A DNA stretch of 64,000 nt from Gemmatimonadota bacterium (GTDB lineage Bacteria > Latescibacterota > UBA2968 > UBA8231): positions 3,713 through 67,712 of the forward strand of contig JABHFS010000109.1 in the NCBI GenBank assembly GCA_018672475.1, read 5' to 3'. The notes under the pieces are model-generated. The model ran no database searches and was not told the DNA's origin. It saw only the letters and a list, made by a program, of their open reading frames with translations. Shown in pieces: positions 34,595 through 43,124 of this stretch. Every line of letters starts with the position of its first letter. The first letter of the stretch is position 1. The position numbers and the translations under genes are program-made.

Positions 34595-35695
34595 TCAAAA
34601 GCCCAATTGTAGACCGATTGTATACGACCGCGCGGTGGCGTCGTAGAAGACGTCGTTGGAGTCGATATCGCGGTAGAGCCATTCCAATTCGACACCGGCT
34701 TCCTGGATCCATGAGTTTACCGGATAGAATGTTCGGCCCAGCCCCAAACGCAGGGTCTGGCGGTTTTCTGATGCCGAGTCTCCGGTGGGGAAACCACTCA
34801 GGTCATAGGCCGGCCGGTTGCTGTAATGACGGCTTTCGCGCTGGAAAGAGGCCACTAGCTCGCTCTGCCACGGCGCCAGGTATTTCAAGGTTGTGCCGAG
34901 TTGTTGGCCGTCATAGCTAAATTGGTCGTCGAAGAGATCGTCGTCGGGGTTGTAGAATAACAGGTCGGCAAAGCGGCTCTGGCCGGTGAAGCTCTGCCGG
35001 TGTTGCCATTCGAGCTGTAGGCCGGCATTGGCGCCTAGGGACTGGGCGGCTTTGAGTCGGCTGACTCCTTGCAGTAGGTGGTGGTCTTGGTCCGATCGGG
35101 CGGAAAGATCGAAGAAAGGATCAGCCCCGCTCGCTTGCGTATAGGATTTGAGGCCCAATTCGCCACCGAATTGCAATGTAGTGCGTGTCGGCAGGACATG
35201 GGTGAATTGCGCATTGAGGCGTTGTTCGACATAACTGTAGTCGTTGGCGTTGAGGAAATTCTGGTAGTGCAGGTTATAACCGATGCGGCCGAGCAGGTCG
35301 GGGCGCAGATAGGACTTGAGAGTGGCAAAGGCGCGGCCCTCGGCGAAGTCGCGATAGTCGTAGAGCGGGTGGTCCAGGCGCAACCCCGTTTCAAGGCCGG
35401 CGACGAGTAGGTCGTCGGTGCGCAAGGGGCGCGTATAGCTCAAGCCAAAGGTGTGCAGGTGGCTGAAGAGGTCGGTGTTTTCGCTGAAGAGACTGGCGCT
35501 GCCCGAGTAGTAGAGGCCGAGATCCTCGTTGACGACGTAGTCGAGATCGACATAGCTGGCATTGACTACGTCGCCGCGTTGGGTCGAACTCAGGAAGAGA
35601 TTGTCCGTATAGGTCGTATACAGGTTTACATTGGGTATGATTTGCGCATCGGCGACGGAGACTAACGCGGTGAGAAGGGCCAGGCAATATTTCAT
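34595..35695 (-). CDS. Outer-membrane beta-barrel candidate, unknown family
   Basis: Signal MKYCLALLTALVSVADAQ. Alternating-hydrophobic strands throughout. C-terminus YTIGLQLGF ends in Phe, as in many OMP beta-signals. The ATG overlaps the upstream stop (ATGA). Confidence 0.65.
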   Translation of the reverse strand: MKYCLALLTALVSVADAQIIPNVNLYTTYTDNLFLSSTQRGDVVNASYVDLDYVVNEDLGLYYSGSASLFSENTDLFSHLHTFGLSYTRPLRTDDLLVAGLETGLRLDHPLYDYRDFAEGRAFATLKSYLRPDLLGRIGYNLHYQNFLNANDYSYVEQRLNAQFTHVLPTRTTLQFGGELGLKSYTQASGADPFFDLSARSDQDHHLLQGVSRLKAAQSLGANAGLQLEWQHRQSFTGQSRFADLLFYNPDDDLFDDQFSYDGQQLGTTLKYLAPWQSELVASFQRESRHYSNRPAYDLSGFPTGDSASENRQTLRLGLGRTFYPVNSWIQEAGVELEWLYRDIDSNDVFYDATARSYTIGLQLGF

Positions 35696-36384
35696 TTGCG
35701 TCCTCTGCGTTTTTTGTCGCGTTCGGGGTCATCTTGTCGCAAGCGCGAAGGCAAGCTCCGCCGTGGCGGTCCGACCTTAGACCTTTTCTGCAATCGCAGT
35801 CCCGGTGGGCCTCGTTTCTTGTGCAATAGGCGGGCATCATCAATGCCATCGCCGTCTTCGTCAAAAAAGTAGTCCATGCGGCGGTCCATTATGCGCATGC
35901 GTTGATGCAGTCGTTTGAAAGGATCGTGCATACCGTCGCCGTCTTCGTCGAGGAAGCGTTTGACCGGGTGGCCGCGCTCCTCAAAGATACGACCGAAGCG
36001 ATAGCCCTTTAAGCCGCGCGGCCCGTATTTTTCGCCGGTGATATCGTTGATATTGTCGCCCTCGAAGTCGATGATATTATCGACGAAGCCGTCCTTATCC
36101 GAGTCTATGAAACGCCCGTCTAGGTCATTGACGCCGTCGCCGTCCTTATCGCGGAAGTGGTCATTGAGCCCGTCCTCGTCCGCGTCTACAAAACTAAAGT
36201 GGTGTGGATACGGACGCTGCCCGATATCGTTGCGGCCGTCGCCATCGTGGTCGCGAAAGTGGTCGTTGAGGCCGTCGCGGTCCTCGTCGACATAGCCGAC
36301 GACGTCGGGGGCGGATTGTTGCTGTTGCGCGCCGACGGGCAGCGTCGACAGGGCGAGGGCGAATAACGCGAAAAGCAAGAGCAC
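35692..36384 (-). CDS. Secreted acidic protein with thrombospondin-type-3-like Ca-binding repeats
   Basis: GTG start at 36384 with AGGAGA upstream. Signal LLLFALFALALSTLPVGAQ. Five DxDxDGxxD-type repeats: DEDRDGLNDHFRDHDGDGRND, DADEDGLNDHFRDKDGDGVND, DSDKDGFVD, DEDGDGMHD, DEDGDGIDD. Confidence 0.7.
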   Translation of the reverse strand: MLLLFALFALALSTLPVGAQQQQSAPDVVGYVDEDRDGLNDHFRDHDGDGRNDIGQRPYPHHFSFVDADEDGLNDHFRDKDGDGVNDLDGRFIDSDKDGFVDNIIDFEGDNINDITGEKYGPRGLKGYRFGRIFEERGHPVKRFLDEDGDGMHDPFKRLHQRMRIMDRRMDYFFDEDGDGIDDARLLHKKRGPPGLRLQKRSKVGPPRRSLPSRLRQDDPERDKKRRGRK

Positions 36385-36402
36385 GGTTTAGGTCTCCTGA
36401 CA

Positions 36403-36450
36403 AAAGGGAATGCGGGGTCGAGCCTAATCGCTCGACCCCGCATTCCCTTT
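36403..36450 (-). terminator. Strong intrinsic terminator/attenuator hairpin between the LTXXQ gene and the Ca-repeat gene
   Basis: Perfect 21-bp stem, AAAGGGAATGCGGGGTCGAGC (36403-36423) with GCTCGACCCCGCATTCCCTTT (36430-36450), and a 6-nt loop. On the minus-strand transcript the stem runs into CCCUUUUG. Confidence 0.7.
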
Positions 36451-36460
36451 AATATACGGT

Positions 36461-37033
36461 TTACTCGGTAGAGGGTGCATCGGTTTCCGGCGTTGGCATT
36501 GCTCCTCTGCCGCCCTGTCGACCGCCTTTGTGCCCGCGGTGGGGTTTTTCGTAGCCAGCATCCTTGAGTGCCTGGCGAATTTCCGCGCGCGTTGCCCCCT
36601 CGGTTTTGAGGTCGTCGACGAGTGCTTTGATCTCTTCACGTTGGGCTGTCCGCTCGGCTCGTTGGCTTTCGCGCTGGGCGGCACGTTTGGTGAAATCTTC
36701 GGGTAGTTCGACGCCAGCCGCGGTGAGTTCGGTCGTTAATGCAGCGCTGATTTCTTCGGCGGAAGCGCCTGATTCGCGCAAGGCGCTGAGTTGGTCTTTG
36801 AGCTCGCTGCGTTGATCCGCAGTCAATTGTTCGGCGAACGCGGCCCGGCCCGGCTTATGACCGCCGCGACGATGGCGCGAGGCCTGGCCATCGCTGATGC
36901 CATCGGCATTTTCATCTGCGACGAGGGTTTGCGCCGATTGGCGCCCTCTGCGTTGGGCTTCTGTTTCACTGAGCGCGCCTCCGGCAACCACGAGGGCTAA
37001 GGCAAAGGCGGCGAGTTGATTGATCCGTTGCAT
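36461..37033 (-). CDS. Periplasmic helical protein with an LTXXQ motif (Spy/CpxP/ZraP-like)
   Basis: ATG at 37033 with GGGAG upstream. Signal MQRINQLAAFALALVVAGGALS. EQLTADQRSELKDQL carries one LTXXQ motif. Basic Gly/His-rich ends (RHRRGGHKPGR, HRGHKGGRQGGRG). The track ORF's 68 upstream codons are rejected. The gene lies behind a sigma54 promoter. Confidence 0.65.
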   Translation of the reverse strand: MQRINQLAAFALALVVAGGALSETEAQRRGRQSAQTLVADENADGISDGQASRHRRGGHKPGRAAFAEQLTADQRSELKDQLSALRESGASAEEISAALTTELTAAGVELPEDFTKRAAQRESQRAERTAQREEIKALVDDLKTEGATRAEIRQALKDAGYEKPHRGHKGGRQGGRGAMPTPETDAPSTE

Positions 37034-37125
37034 GGTATTGCTCCCTGATGAATTAAATCGTGTGTTGATTTTTGCGTTGTGTCGAATATCGACTGGGCCC
37101 ATTGCCGATGTTCTACCAGAGATAA

Positions 37126-37141
37126 TGCAAGGTGCGTGCCA
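37126..37141 (-). promoter_or_regulatory. Sigma54 (-24/-12) promoter
   Basis: The minus strand reads TGGCAC-GCACC-TTGCA, an exact match to the TGGCAC-N5-TTGCW consensus. It lies about 90 nt upstream of the ATG at 37033. Confidence 0.8.
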
Positions 37142-37229
37142 GGGTGTAATGATTGAATAAATTAAATGTAAATAATTGTTTACTATTGACTTGTGTGGGT
37201 TGTGAGTGCGACGTGTTCCCCAACACACT

Positions 37230-37247
37230 TTCGACATCCTGGTCGAA
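37230..37247. promoter_or_regulatory. Dyad TTCGAC-N6-GTCGAA, candidate enhancer (UAS) site 1
   Basis: cacTTTCGACatcctgGTCGAATG, centred about 100 bp upstream of the -24 element. Confidence 0.55.
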
Positions 37248-37308
37248 TGTATTCGATTGATCAGGGTCTTTTAGGCTCTATGGTTATATGTCACAAGAGG
37301 TTATCACT

Positions 37309-37326
37309 TTCGACGATTTGGTCGAA
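37309..37326. promoter_or_regulatory. Dyad TTCGAC-N6-GTCGAA, candidate enhancer (UAS) site 2
   Basis: cacTTTCGACgatttgGTCGAATG, with the same flanks as site 1. It is 79 bp further upstream, about 180 bp from the -24 element. Confidence 0.55.
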
Positions 37327-37576
37327 TGCACCCGGGCAAAATCGTCGAAAAGGGCAGGGCGGGGCTAGGGGCTGTTATCGATTGCGTTATTGCAGCCATC
37401 TTATAGGCGCTGCATCTGAATGGTTTTGCTGTGGTCTTTTAATAATGCGTTCGAGGTCCCTGTGCGCAGCCTTGACCACTCCCTGGACCAATTTGGCGTT
37501 GAACTGTGGTTTAAATACTGCGACCATTAGATGCTCTTATATGAGACGTTATTCGTCGAAGTATTCGGTGGGACGC

Positions 37577-38965
37577 TTAGCGGCCGAAGACGATCTCTGG
37601 TAATTTTGTCGCCATTTCGGGGACAAACCACAGCACGATCAACAATAAAACCTGTATTGCGATAAAGGGCACCGCACCCCTGTAAATCTGCGGGGTGCTG
37701 ATCTCGGGGGGGGCGACGCCGCGCAGATAAAAGAGCGAGAAGCCGAAGGGCGGGGTCAAAAAAGAGGTCTGTAGATTGAGGGCGATCATGACCCCGAACC
37801 ACACGGGGTCCAAGCCCATCGCCAACAGAATCGGGCCGACGATGGGCACGACGACGAAAATGATCTCGAAGAAGTCGAGGAAGAAGCCGAGCAGGAAGAT
37901 CACCGCCATCACCAGAAAGAAGGAACTGACCACGCCGCCGGTCATGCCCAACAGAAATTCCTCGACGGCCACGTCGCCGCCATAGCCGCGGAAGACCAGC
38001 GAGAAGATGGAGGCGCCGATGAGGATGGTGAAAACCATTGCGTTGACTTCGGTGGTGGCGCGCATGACTTCCTTGAGCACTTTTTTGTTGAATTGTCCTT
38101 TGAGCAGCGAGAGGAATATCGCGCCGATCGCGCCGACTGAAGCGGCCTCGGTCGGAGTCGCGATGCCGAACAGGATCGACCCTAAAACGCCGAAGATGAG
38201 CAGGAGCGGCGGTAAGAGAACGGCGGCGAGGCGGCGCAAAAATGCGGTGCTGAGTACTTGCTCGCGTTCGTCGATGGGAATTGCAGGCATTGTTTGCGGG
38301 CGGACGATGCCTACCAATACAATGTACAATACATAAAGGCCGACCAAGGCGAGGCCGGGCAGCAGTGCGCCCATAAACAGGTCGCCGACCGAAATCGAGA
38401 CGGGGGCGAAATTGCCGACTTTCAATTGCGCCTGCTGGTGGGCGGAGGAGACGACATCGCCGAGGATGACCAAGACGATACTCGGGGGGATGATCTGGCC
38501 CAAGGTGCCCGAGGCGCAGATGATCCCGGTGGCGATCGGAGGGGCGTAGCCGCGTTTGAGCATCGCCGGCAGCGAGATCAGTCCCATCGTCACTACGGTT
38601 GCACCGACGATGCCGGTGGAGGCGGCCAATAAACCGCCGACAAGGCAGACCGAAATGCCCAGCCCGCCGCGCAGGCCGCCGAAGAGTTGGGCCATCGTTT
38701 CCAGCAGGTCTTCGGCGATCTTCGAGCGTTCGAGTACGATCCCCATAAAGACGAAGAGCGGTATGGCGATCAAGGTCTCGTTGCTCATAATGCCGTAGAT
38801 GCGCGAGGGCAGTGCGGAGAGGAACGCCGGGTCGAAGTGCCCGGTGAGCAAGCCGATGCCGGCGAAGATCAGCGCCGTGCCGGCGAGACAGAAGGCGACG
38901 GGAAACCCCGTGAGCAGTACGGCGAAGGTGACCAGGAACATCGCCAGCGGCAATAGGGCGTTCAT
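37577..38965 (-). CDS. TRAP transporter large permease (DctM family)
   Basis: 462 aa and polytopic. TLIAIPLFVFMG, GGL.ASTGIVGATV and the LNLQTSFLTPPFGFSLFYL region are typical of DctM. The start overlaps the DctQ stop. Confidence 0.9.
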   Translation of the reverse strand: MNALLPLAMFLVTFAVLLTGFPVAFCLAGTALIFAGIGLLTGHFDPAFLSALPSRIYGIMSNETLIAIPLFVFMGIVLERSKIAEDLLETMAQLFGGLRGGLGISVCLVGGLLAASTGIVGATVVTMGLISLPAMLKRGYAPPIATGIICASGTLGQIIPPSIVLVILGDVVSSAHQQAQLKVGNFAPVSISVGDLFMGALLPGLALVGLYVLYIVLVGIVRPQTMPAIPIDEREQVLSTAFLRRLAAVLLPPLLLIFGVLGSILFGIATPTEAASVGAIGAIFLSLLKGQFNKKVLKEVMRATTEVNAMVFTILIGASIFSLVFRGYGGDVAVEEFLLGMTGGVVSSFFLVMAVIFLLGFFLDFFEIIFVVVPIVGPILLAMGLDPVWFGVMIALNLQTSFLTPPFGFSLFYLRGVAPPEISTPQIYRGAVPFIAIQVLLLIVLWFVPEMATKLPEIVFGR

Positions 38966-39438
38966 GGGGCCTTTAATGTCCGCGCGCTCTGGCTGATCAG
39001 CGAGAGCGCCTGTAATAATAACAATAGGCAGAAGAGCGGAATGGCGGTCTTGAGCAGAAAAACGGCTTCAAGGCCGCCGCCGTTCTTTGAGCCTTCAAAG
39101 ACAGCCCAAGAATCGAAGACAAAGGGCAGAGATTCCATGAGCAGGACTAGGCAAGTGGGCAGCAAAAGGAACAGGCTGCCGAATAGGTTAACCCATGCTT
39201 TTTTGCGCGCGTTCATGGGCCGGTAGAGGATGTCGACACGGACGTGTGCATCTTTGGCGAGGGTATAACCGGCGGCTATAAGAAAGGTGAAGGCGTGCAT
39301 GTAGAGCGCGATTTCCTGCATCCAGACCCAACCGCGGTCAAAGAGGTAGCGGAAGACCACGATGGTGAAGGTGACCAGTACCATGCCCAAGGTCAGCCAG
39401 GGCACGGTGGAGACGACGAATCGGTTGAAGCGCTGCAT
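38962..39438 (-). CDS. TRAP transporter small permease (DctQ family)
   Basis: 158 aa with four hydrophobic helices, located between the SBP and DctM genes. Confidence 0.85.
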   Translation of the reverse strand: MQRFNRFVVSTVPWLTLGMVLVTFTIVVFRYLFDRGWVWMQEIALYMHAFTFLIAAGYTLAKDAHVRVDILYRPMNARKKAWVNLFGSLFLLLPTCLVLLMESLPFVFDSWAVFEGSKNGGGLEAVFLLKTAIPLFCLLLLLQALSLISQSARTLKAP

Positions 39439-39446
39439 CGCGAAGC

Positions 39447-40592
39447 TCAGCCGAAGGTCAGTGCGCGGGCCTGGGTATAGGCTTCCTCGGAGATCCTGGT
39501 ATAGGAAACCGATGCGCTACGGAAAGCGTCGAATGAGGTGTAGACCTTGTTCGAGAAGGGGTCTTTACCCGCGATCTCGGCGACGACATCAGCGGCGGTT
39601 TTGCCGACTTCGGTGAGCAATTCGTCGGAAAAGCGCCGCAGCTGTACGCCGTGTTTCTTGACCAGGATTTGCAGTGCGCCATTGTTGCGGGCTGTGAATT
39701 CGTTGAGCATGTCTTCGTTGGCGGCCTGGCAGGCGTATGCGACGATGGCCTGTAGGTCACTGGGCAGGGCGGCAAGGGCTTTGGCGTTGACCATGCCTTC
39801 AAGGGCGGTGCCCGGTTCGTGCCAACCCGGCCAGTAGTAGTATTTGGCGGCTTGGTGCAGACCGAAAGCCAGGTCGTTATAGGGCCCGACCCACTCGGTG
39901 GCGTCAATGGCGCCGGTTTTTAGCGCCTGGAATATCTCGCCGCCGGGCAGGGATTTTACGGTGGCGTTGAGGCGGCGCAGCACTTCTCCACCCAGGCCGG
40001 GCATGCGCATTACTAGTCCCGAGAAATCGCCGACTTCGTTGATCTCTTTGTTAAACCAGCCGCCCATTTGTACGCCGGTGTTGCCGACGGGGAAGGCTTT
40101 GAGCCCGAATTGAGCATAGAGCTCGTCCCAGAGTTCTTGTCCGCCGCCGTAGCGCAACCAGCCGTTGATCTCATTGGCGTTGAGGCCGAAGGGCACGGCG
40201 GCGAAAAACTGGGTCGCCTCGTGCTTGCCCTTCCAGTAGTAGGAGACACCGTGGCCCATTTCGGCTGTGCCGCCGGAGACGGCGTCGAAAACCCCTGATG
40301 CGGGCACCAATTCACCCGCCCCGTAAACCTTGACCTGCAATCGCCCACCCGACATGGCTTCGATATATTTTGCGAGCGTATTGGCACCGGTGCCGAGACC
40401 GGGGAAATTCTTTGGCCAGGTCGTGACCATTTTCCATTTGAAATGCTGTTGGCTTTGTATCGCGGGTGCGGTTTGTTGCTCGGATTGCGCACACGCCGCA
40501 ATCGCACCGGTGGCCAATAATGGGGCTTGGCGCAAGAAGGACCGTCGGGTGCTCGAGTCTTTACTTGCACTGGGTTTAGGGGTCTTGCTCAT
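39447..40592 (-). CDS. TRAP transporter substrate-binding protein with a Tat signal
   Basis: Twin-arginine signal TRRSFLRQAPLLATGAIAA. KWKMVTTWPKNFPGLGTGANTLAKYIE resembles the mannitol/chloroaromatic-type TRAP SBP family. Substrate unknown. Confidence 0.88.
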   Translation of the reverse strand: MSKTPKPSASKDSSTRRSFLRQAPLLATGAIAACAQSEQQTAPAIQSQQHFKWKMVTTWPKNFPGLGTGANTLAKYIEAMSGGRLQVKVYGAGELVPASGVFDAVSGGTAEMGHGVSYYWKGKHEATQFFAAVPFGLNANEINGWLRYGGGQELWDELYAQFGLKAFPVGNTGVQMGGWFNKEINEVGDFSGLVMRMPGLGGEVLRRLNATVKSLPGGEIFQALKTGAIDATEWVGPYNDLAFGLHQAAKYYYWPGWHEPGTALEGMVNAKALAALPSDLQAIVAYACQAANEDMLNEFTARNNGALQILVKKHGVQLRRFSDELLTEVGKTAADVVAEIAGKDPFSNKVYTSFDAFRSASVSYTRISEEAYTQARALTFG

Positions 40593-40643
40593 GGTGTAAG
40601 TCTCAATTTGAATTCGCTCGCTATGAATGGGCTACTGTAGGCC

Positions 40644-41324
40644 TCAGCTTTTTTCGATCACCCGGGAGGTGCCGTCCGCCTCGCCGATGACGACAAGATG
40701 GGTCATCGCCACGAAGAGCCCGTTTTCAACGACGCCGGGCAGAGTGTTGAGCCAGATATCGGTCGCCTGGGCGTCATCAATGCCTTCGGGGAAACGGCCG
40801 TCAATAATGTAATTGCCATTGTCGGTGACGAAGGGTTGCTCCGCTTGTTGCATACGCAGGGTTGGTTCGATTCCACGCTCGCTGAGGCGATTACAGACCA
40901 AGGACCAGGAAAAGGGCACGACCTCGATTGGCAACGGCGCTTGTGTGCCCAATTTTTTGACGAGTTTCGAAGGGTCGATAATGATCACTTGCCGTGCGGT
41001 GGCGGAGGCGACGATTTTTTCGCGCAACAGGGCGCCGCCCAGGCCTTTTATCAGATCGAGATCGGGGTCGACCTCGTCGGCTCCGTCGATGGTCAAATCG
41101 ACCGCCGGGTCGTCCTCCAATGTCGTCAGTGTTATGCCCAACTCGCCGGCGAGTTGGGCGGAGGCTTCGGAGGTCGGGATCGCTTTGACTTCTAACCCGG
41201 CGGCGACGCGTTCGCCGATGGCGCGGATGGCGAATTCGGCGGTCGAACCAGTGCCGAGCCCGACGACCATACCGGTTTCGATATATTCGGCGGCACGACG
41301 GCCGGCGACTTCTTTGGGGAGCAT
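40644..41324 (-). CDS. rpiA: Ribose-5-phosphate isomerase A
   Basis: VVGLGTGSTAEFAI, IPTSEAS, DGADEVD and LIKGLGGALLREKIVA. AGGAGAG SD upstream. Confidence 0.9.
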   Translation of the reverse strand: MLPKEVAGRRAAEYIETGMVVGLGTGSTAEFAIRAIGERVAAGLEVKAIPTSEASAQLAGELGITLTTLEDDPAVDLTIDGADEVDPDLDLIKGLGGALLREKIVASATARQVIIIDPSKLVKKLGTQAPLPIEVVPFSWSLVCNRLSERGIEPTLRMQQAEQPFVTDNGNYIIDGRFPEGIDDAQATDIWLNTLPGVVENGLFVAMTHLVVIGEADGTSRVIEKS

Positions 41325-41331
41325 ATCTCTC

Positions 41332-41799
41332 CTAGATCTTCATGCAATAATGGACTTGCCGGGCGACTTCCTCGAAACCCAGGCTGGGGTAGAGGTGGGA
41401 GCCGATCTGGTTTTGCGCCAGCGTTTCTATCTTTGCGATTTCCATTCCCTGGGAGCGCATATATTGCAAGCCATGTTCGAGTAGTTTGCGGCCGATGCCC
41501 TGCCCTTGGGTGTCGGGCAAAACGGCGATATTGGGTATGCCGCCGATCTTACTCTCGTGGTCGATGCGAGTGGTGATATAACCGACGACTGTGCCGGCTT
41601 CTTCCCAGACGAAGACACCGTCCGCTCGTTCGTCAGTGACATCGTCATCAATATGGCGCAACTTTCGAAATTGCCAATCACGTTTGCCAATCTGGCCGAA
41701 GCGCTCTTCTATATTGCGGTCAATAGATACGCCGTCGAAACAAATGGCGGTGATGCGCTTGAGCGCGTCTATGTCGTCGGGTTTATAAAGTCGTATCAT
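41332..41799 (-). CDS. GNAT-family N-acetyltransferase
   Basis: Acetyl-CoA-binding region VLPDTQGQGIGRKLLEH. ATG at 41799 (MIRLYKPDDIDAL) chosen over the 12-codon-longer track start. Confidence 0.8.
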   Translation of the reverse strand: MIRLYKPDDIDALKRITAICFDGVSIDRNIEERFGQIGKRDWQFRKLRHIDDDVTDERADGVFVWEEAGTVVGYITTRIDHESKIGGIPNIAVLPDTQGQGIGRKLLEHGLQYMRSQGMEIAKIETLAQNQIGSHLYPSLGFEEVARQVHYCMKI

Positions 41800-41868
41800 G
41801 GGTGCTAATATGGGGGCTGGCTCCCGTTCCGGCAAGCGGCGGCCGTCCTATGGTTTTGCTTGGGATTT

Positions 41869-43032
41869 TTAGGCCGGCAGGGTGCGTTTTAGCAAGAGGG
41901 CATCGGCCAAGAATTTGGCGCCCCAATTGGGCAAGGCATAGGGCACATAGGCTCCCCCGATTGGCGCTGAGGCGGGTACGCCTCCGAATAGGCTTGTATT
42001 TTCATTGGTTAAAAATTGACCGGCTTTTACCTGCTCGATAAGGGTCTGGGCAGCGTGGGCGAAATCTGCGGTTTGCGCTGGGGCGAGAGCGTGGAGCTTG
42101 AGCAGGAGGATGGCGAGTTGCGCGTTGCCTGGTAGGCAGGAATGCCGGGCGCGGCCGTGCCAATTTTCGTCGAGTGCAGCGGGCAGCTTGGCTGGGGGTG
42201 CTTGCAGTTGGGCTTGTTGCGCGGTGACTAGTTGCCGCACGTCCGATGAGACGAGGTCGATTAGCTCGTTCTGCGAGGGCGGGCCTAATGCCAGGCCGCA
42301 TTCGAGCAGGCCACGCAGGGTGTAGGCGATGGTATGCGTGATGGGGACTTGTCCCGGTTCGAGGGCCATGTGCGCGAAGCCACCTGCGGGCAAGCGCTGG
42401 ATTTTGAGCCATTGCAGGAAGCGCTCGGCCGCGGCGCGGTAGCTTTTTTCTCCGGTCGCCGCGTGTACTTCTAATAGAGGCCAGGCCACGCGGGTGTGGT
42501 AGGCGCGTGGGGCGTCGAGGTAGGTGTGGCGGGTCCACTTGCCGTCGGGGTCTTGTATGTCGAGCAACCAGTCGGCGGCACGGACCGCTGCGGTCAAGAA
42601 CCTTTCCTCGGCGGTGGCGCGGTAGAGGGCGGTCCAGCCGAGGATAACTTGTCCAGTATTGAAGACGATGGGATAGTCGTTCAGGCCGATGCCGCCGCGC
42701 ACGCCGCCTGAGGGCAACTGTACTTCGATTTCCCATTCGCCGAGTGCTATGGCGCGGTCTGTCTGGTCGACGGCCAACAGGGTCGGGATAATATAGCCGG
42801 TCGTCTCCGGATAGGGGGGCATCCAGCCGCGTTTAAAAAAATAACCGGCCGAGACGCCGCCTGCCACCACGTCTTGGGCGCGACATAGCCAAGAGATGGC
42901 TGCTGCGAGATGCTCGTCGTCGCTAAAGGTCGAAGGCCGAGTCTCTTGCCGGTCGCGCCAGAGCACGGACCAGTGGTGGGGGCGGCTGGCAAGCCGCAGG
43001 TTTTCATAGAGGGCGATAAGATGTTGTTTCAA
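41869..43032 (-). CDS. Hypothetical protein, probably an alpha/alpha-toroid (six-hairpin / prenyltransferase-like) fold
   Basis: 387 aa. It has periodic helical repeats with aromatic/Gly turns: AISWLCRAQD, YPETTGYIIPTLL, FNTGQVILGW, AADWLLDIQDPDGKW. The fold assignment is by eye only. Confidence 0.55.
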   Translation of the reverse strand: MKQHLIALYENLRLASRPHHWSVLWRDRQETRPSTFSDDEHLAAAISWLCRAQDVVAGGVSAGYFFKRGWMPPYPETTGYIIPTLLAVDQTDRAIALGEWEIEVQLPSGGVRGGIGLNDYPIVFNTGQVILGWTALYRATAEERFLTAAVRAADWLLDIQDPDGKWTRHTYLDAPRAYHTRVAWPLLEVHAATGEKSYRAAAERFLQWLKIQRLPAGGFAHMALEPGQVPITHTIAYTLRGLLECGLALGPPSQNELIDLVSSDVRQLVTAQQAQLQAPPAKLPAALDENWHGRARHSCLPGNAQLAILLLKLHALAPAQTADFAHAAQTLIEQVKAGQFLTNENTSLFGGVPASAPIGGAYVPYALPNWGAKFLADALLLKRTLPA

Positions 43033-43051
43033 TTTTGTAGCCGCGGGCGAG

Positions 43052-43084
43052 TTGGTCAGGATTCGCTTCGCTATATATTATAAC
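43052..43084. promoter_or_regulatory. Candidate bidirectional promoter core between the toroid gene and the AAC(3)/ACP/FkbH/GT4 operon
   Basis: Plus strand: TTGGTC (43052-43057), 16-nt spacer, TATATT (43074-43079). On the minus strand, 43077-43082 reads TATAAT. Contains the third copy of TATATTATAAC (43074-43084). Confidence 0.4.
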
Positions 43085-43124
43085 TGATGTTTGATTTTTT
43101 GCACGAGAGGCGAAGGAAGGTGGG

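Noticed and set aside
34380-34712. A 110-aa minus-strand ORF spanning the convergent gap and the 3' end of the beta-barrel gene
   Set aside because: It overlaps the OMP gene in another frame and has no start context. The gap instead contains two stem-loops: 34353-34385 (9-bp stem, 15-nt loop) and 34558-34586.
37193-37603. A 136-aa plus-strand ORF in the long intergenic region upstream of the sigma54 promoter
   Set aside because: The sequence is Cys/Ser/Leu-rich and unlike a protein. It overlaps the dyad enhancer sites and the 3' end of the TRAP permease gene. The region is better explained as regulatory DNA.
42002-42736. A 244-aa Arg/Pro-rich ORF, with similar ones at 10248-10781, 29655-30089, 63069-63497 and 14774-15115
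   Set aside because: All are alternative-frame shadows of longer ORFs with credible protein composition. Their extreme R/P/A content and lack of starts with an SD argue against coding.
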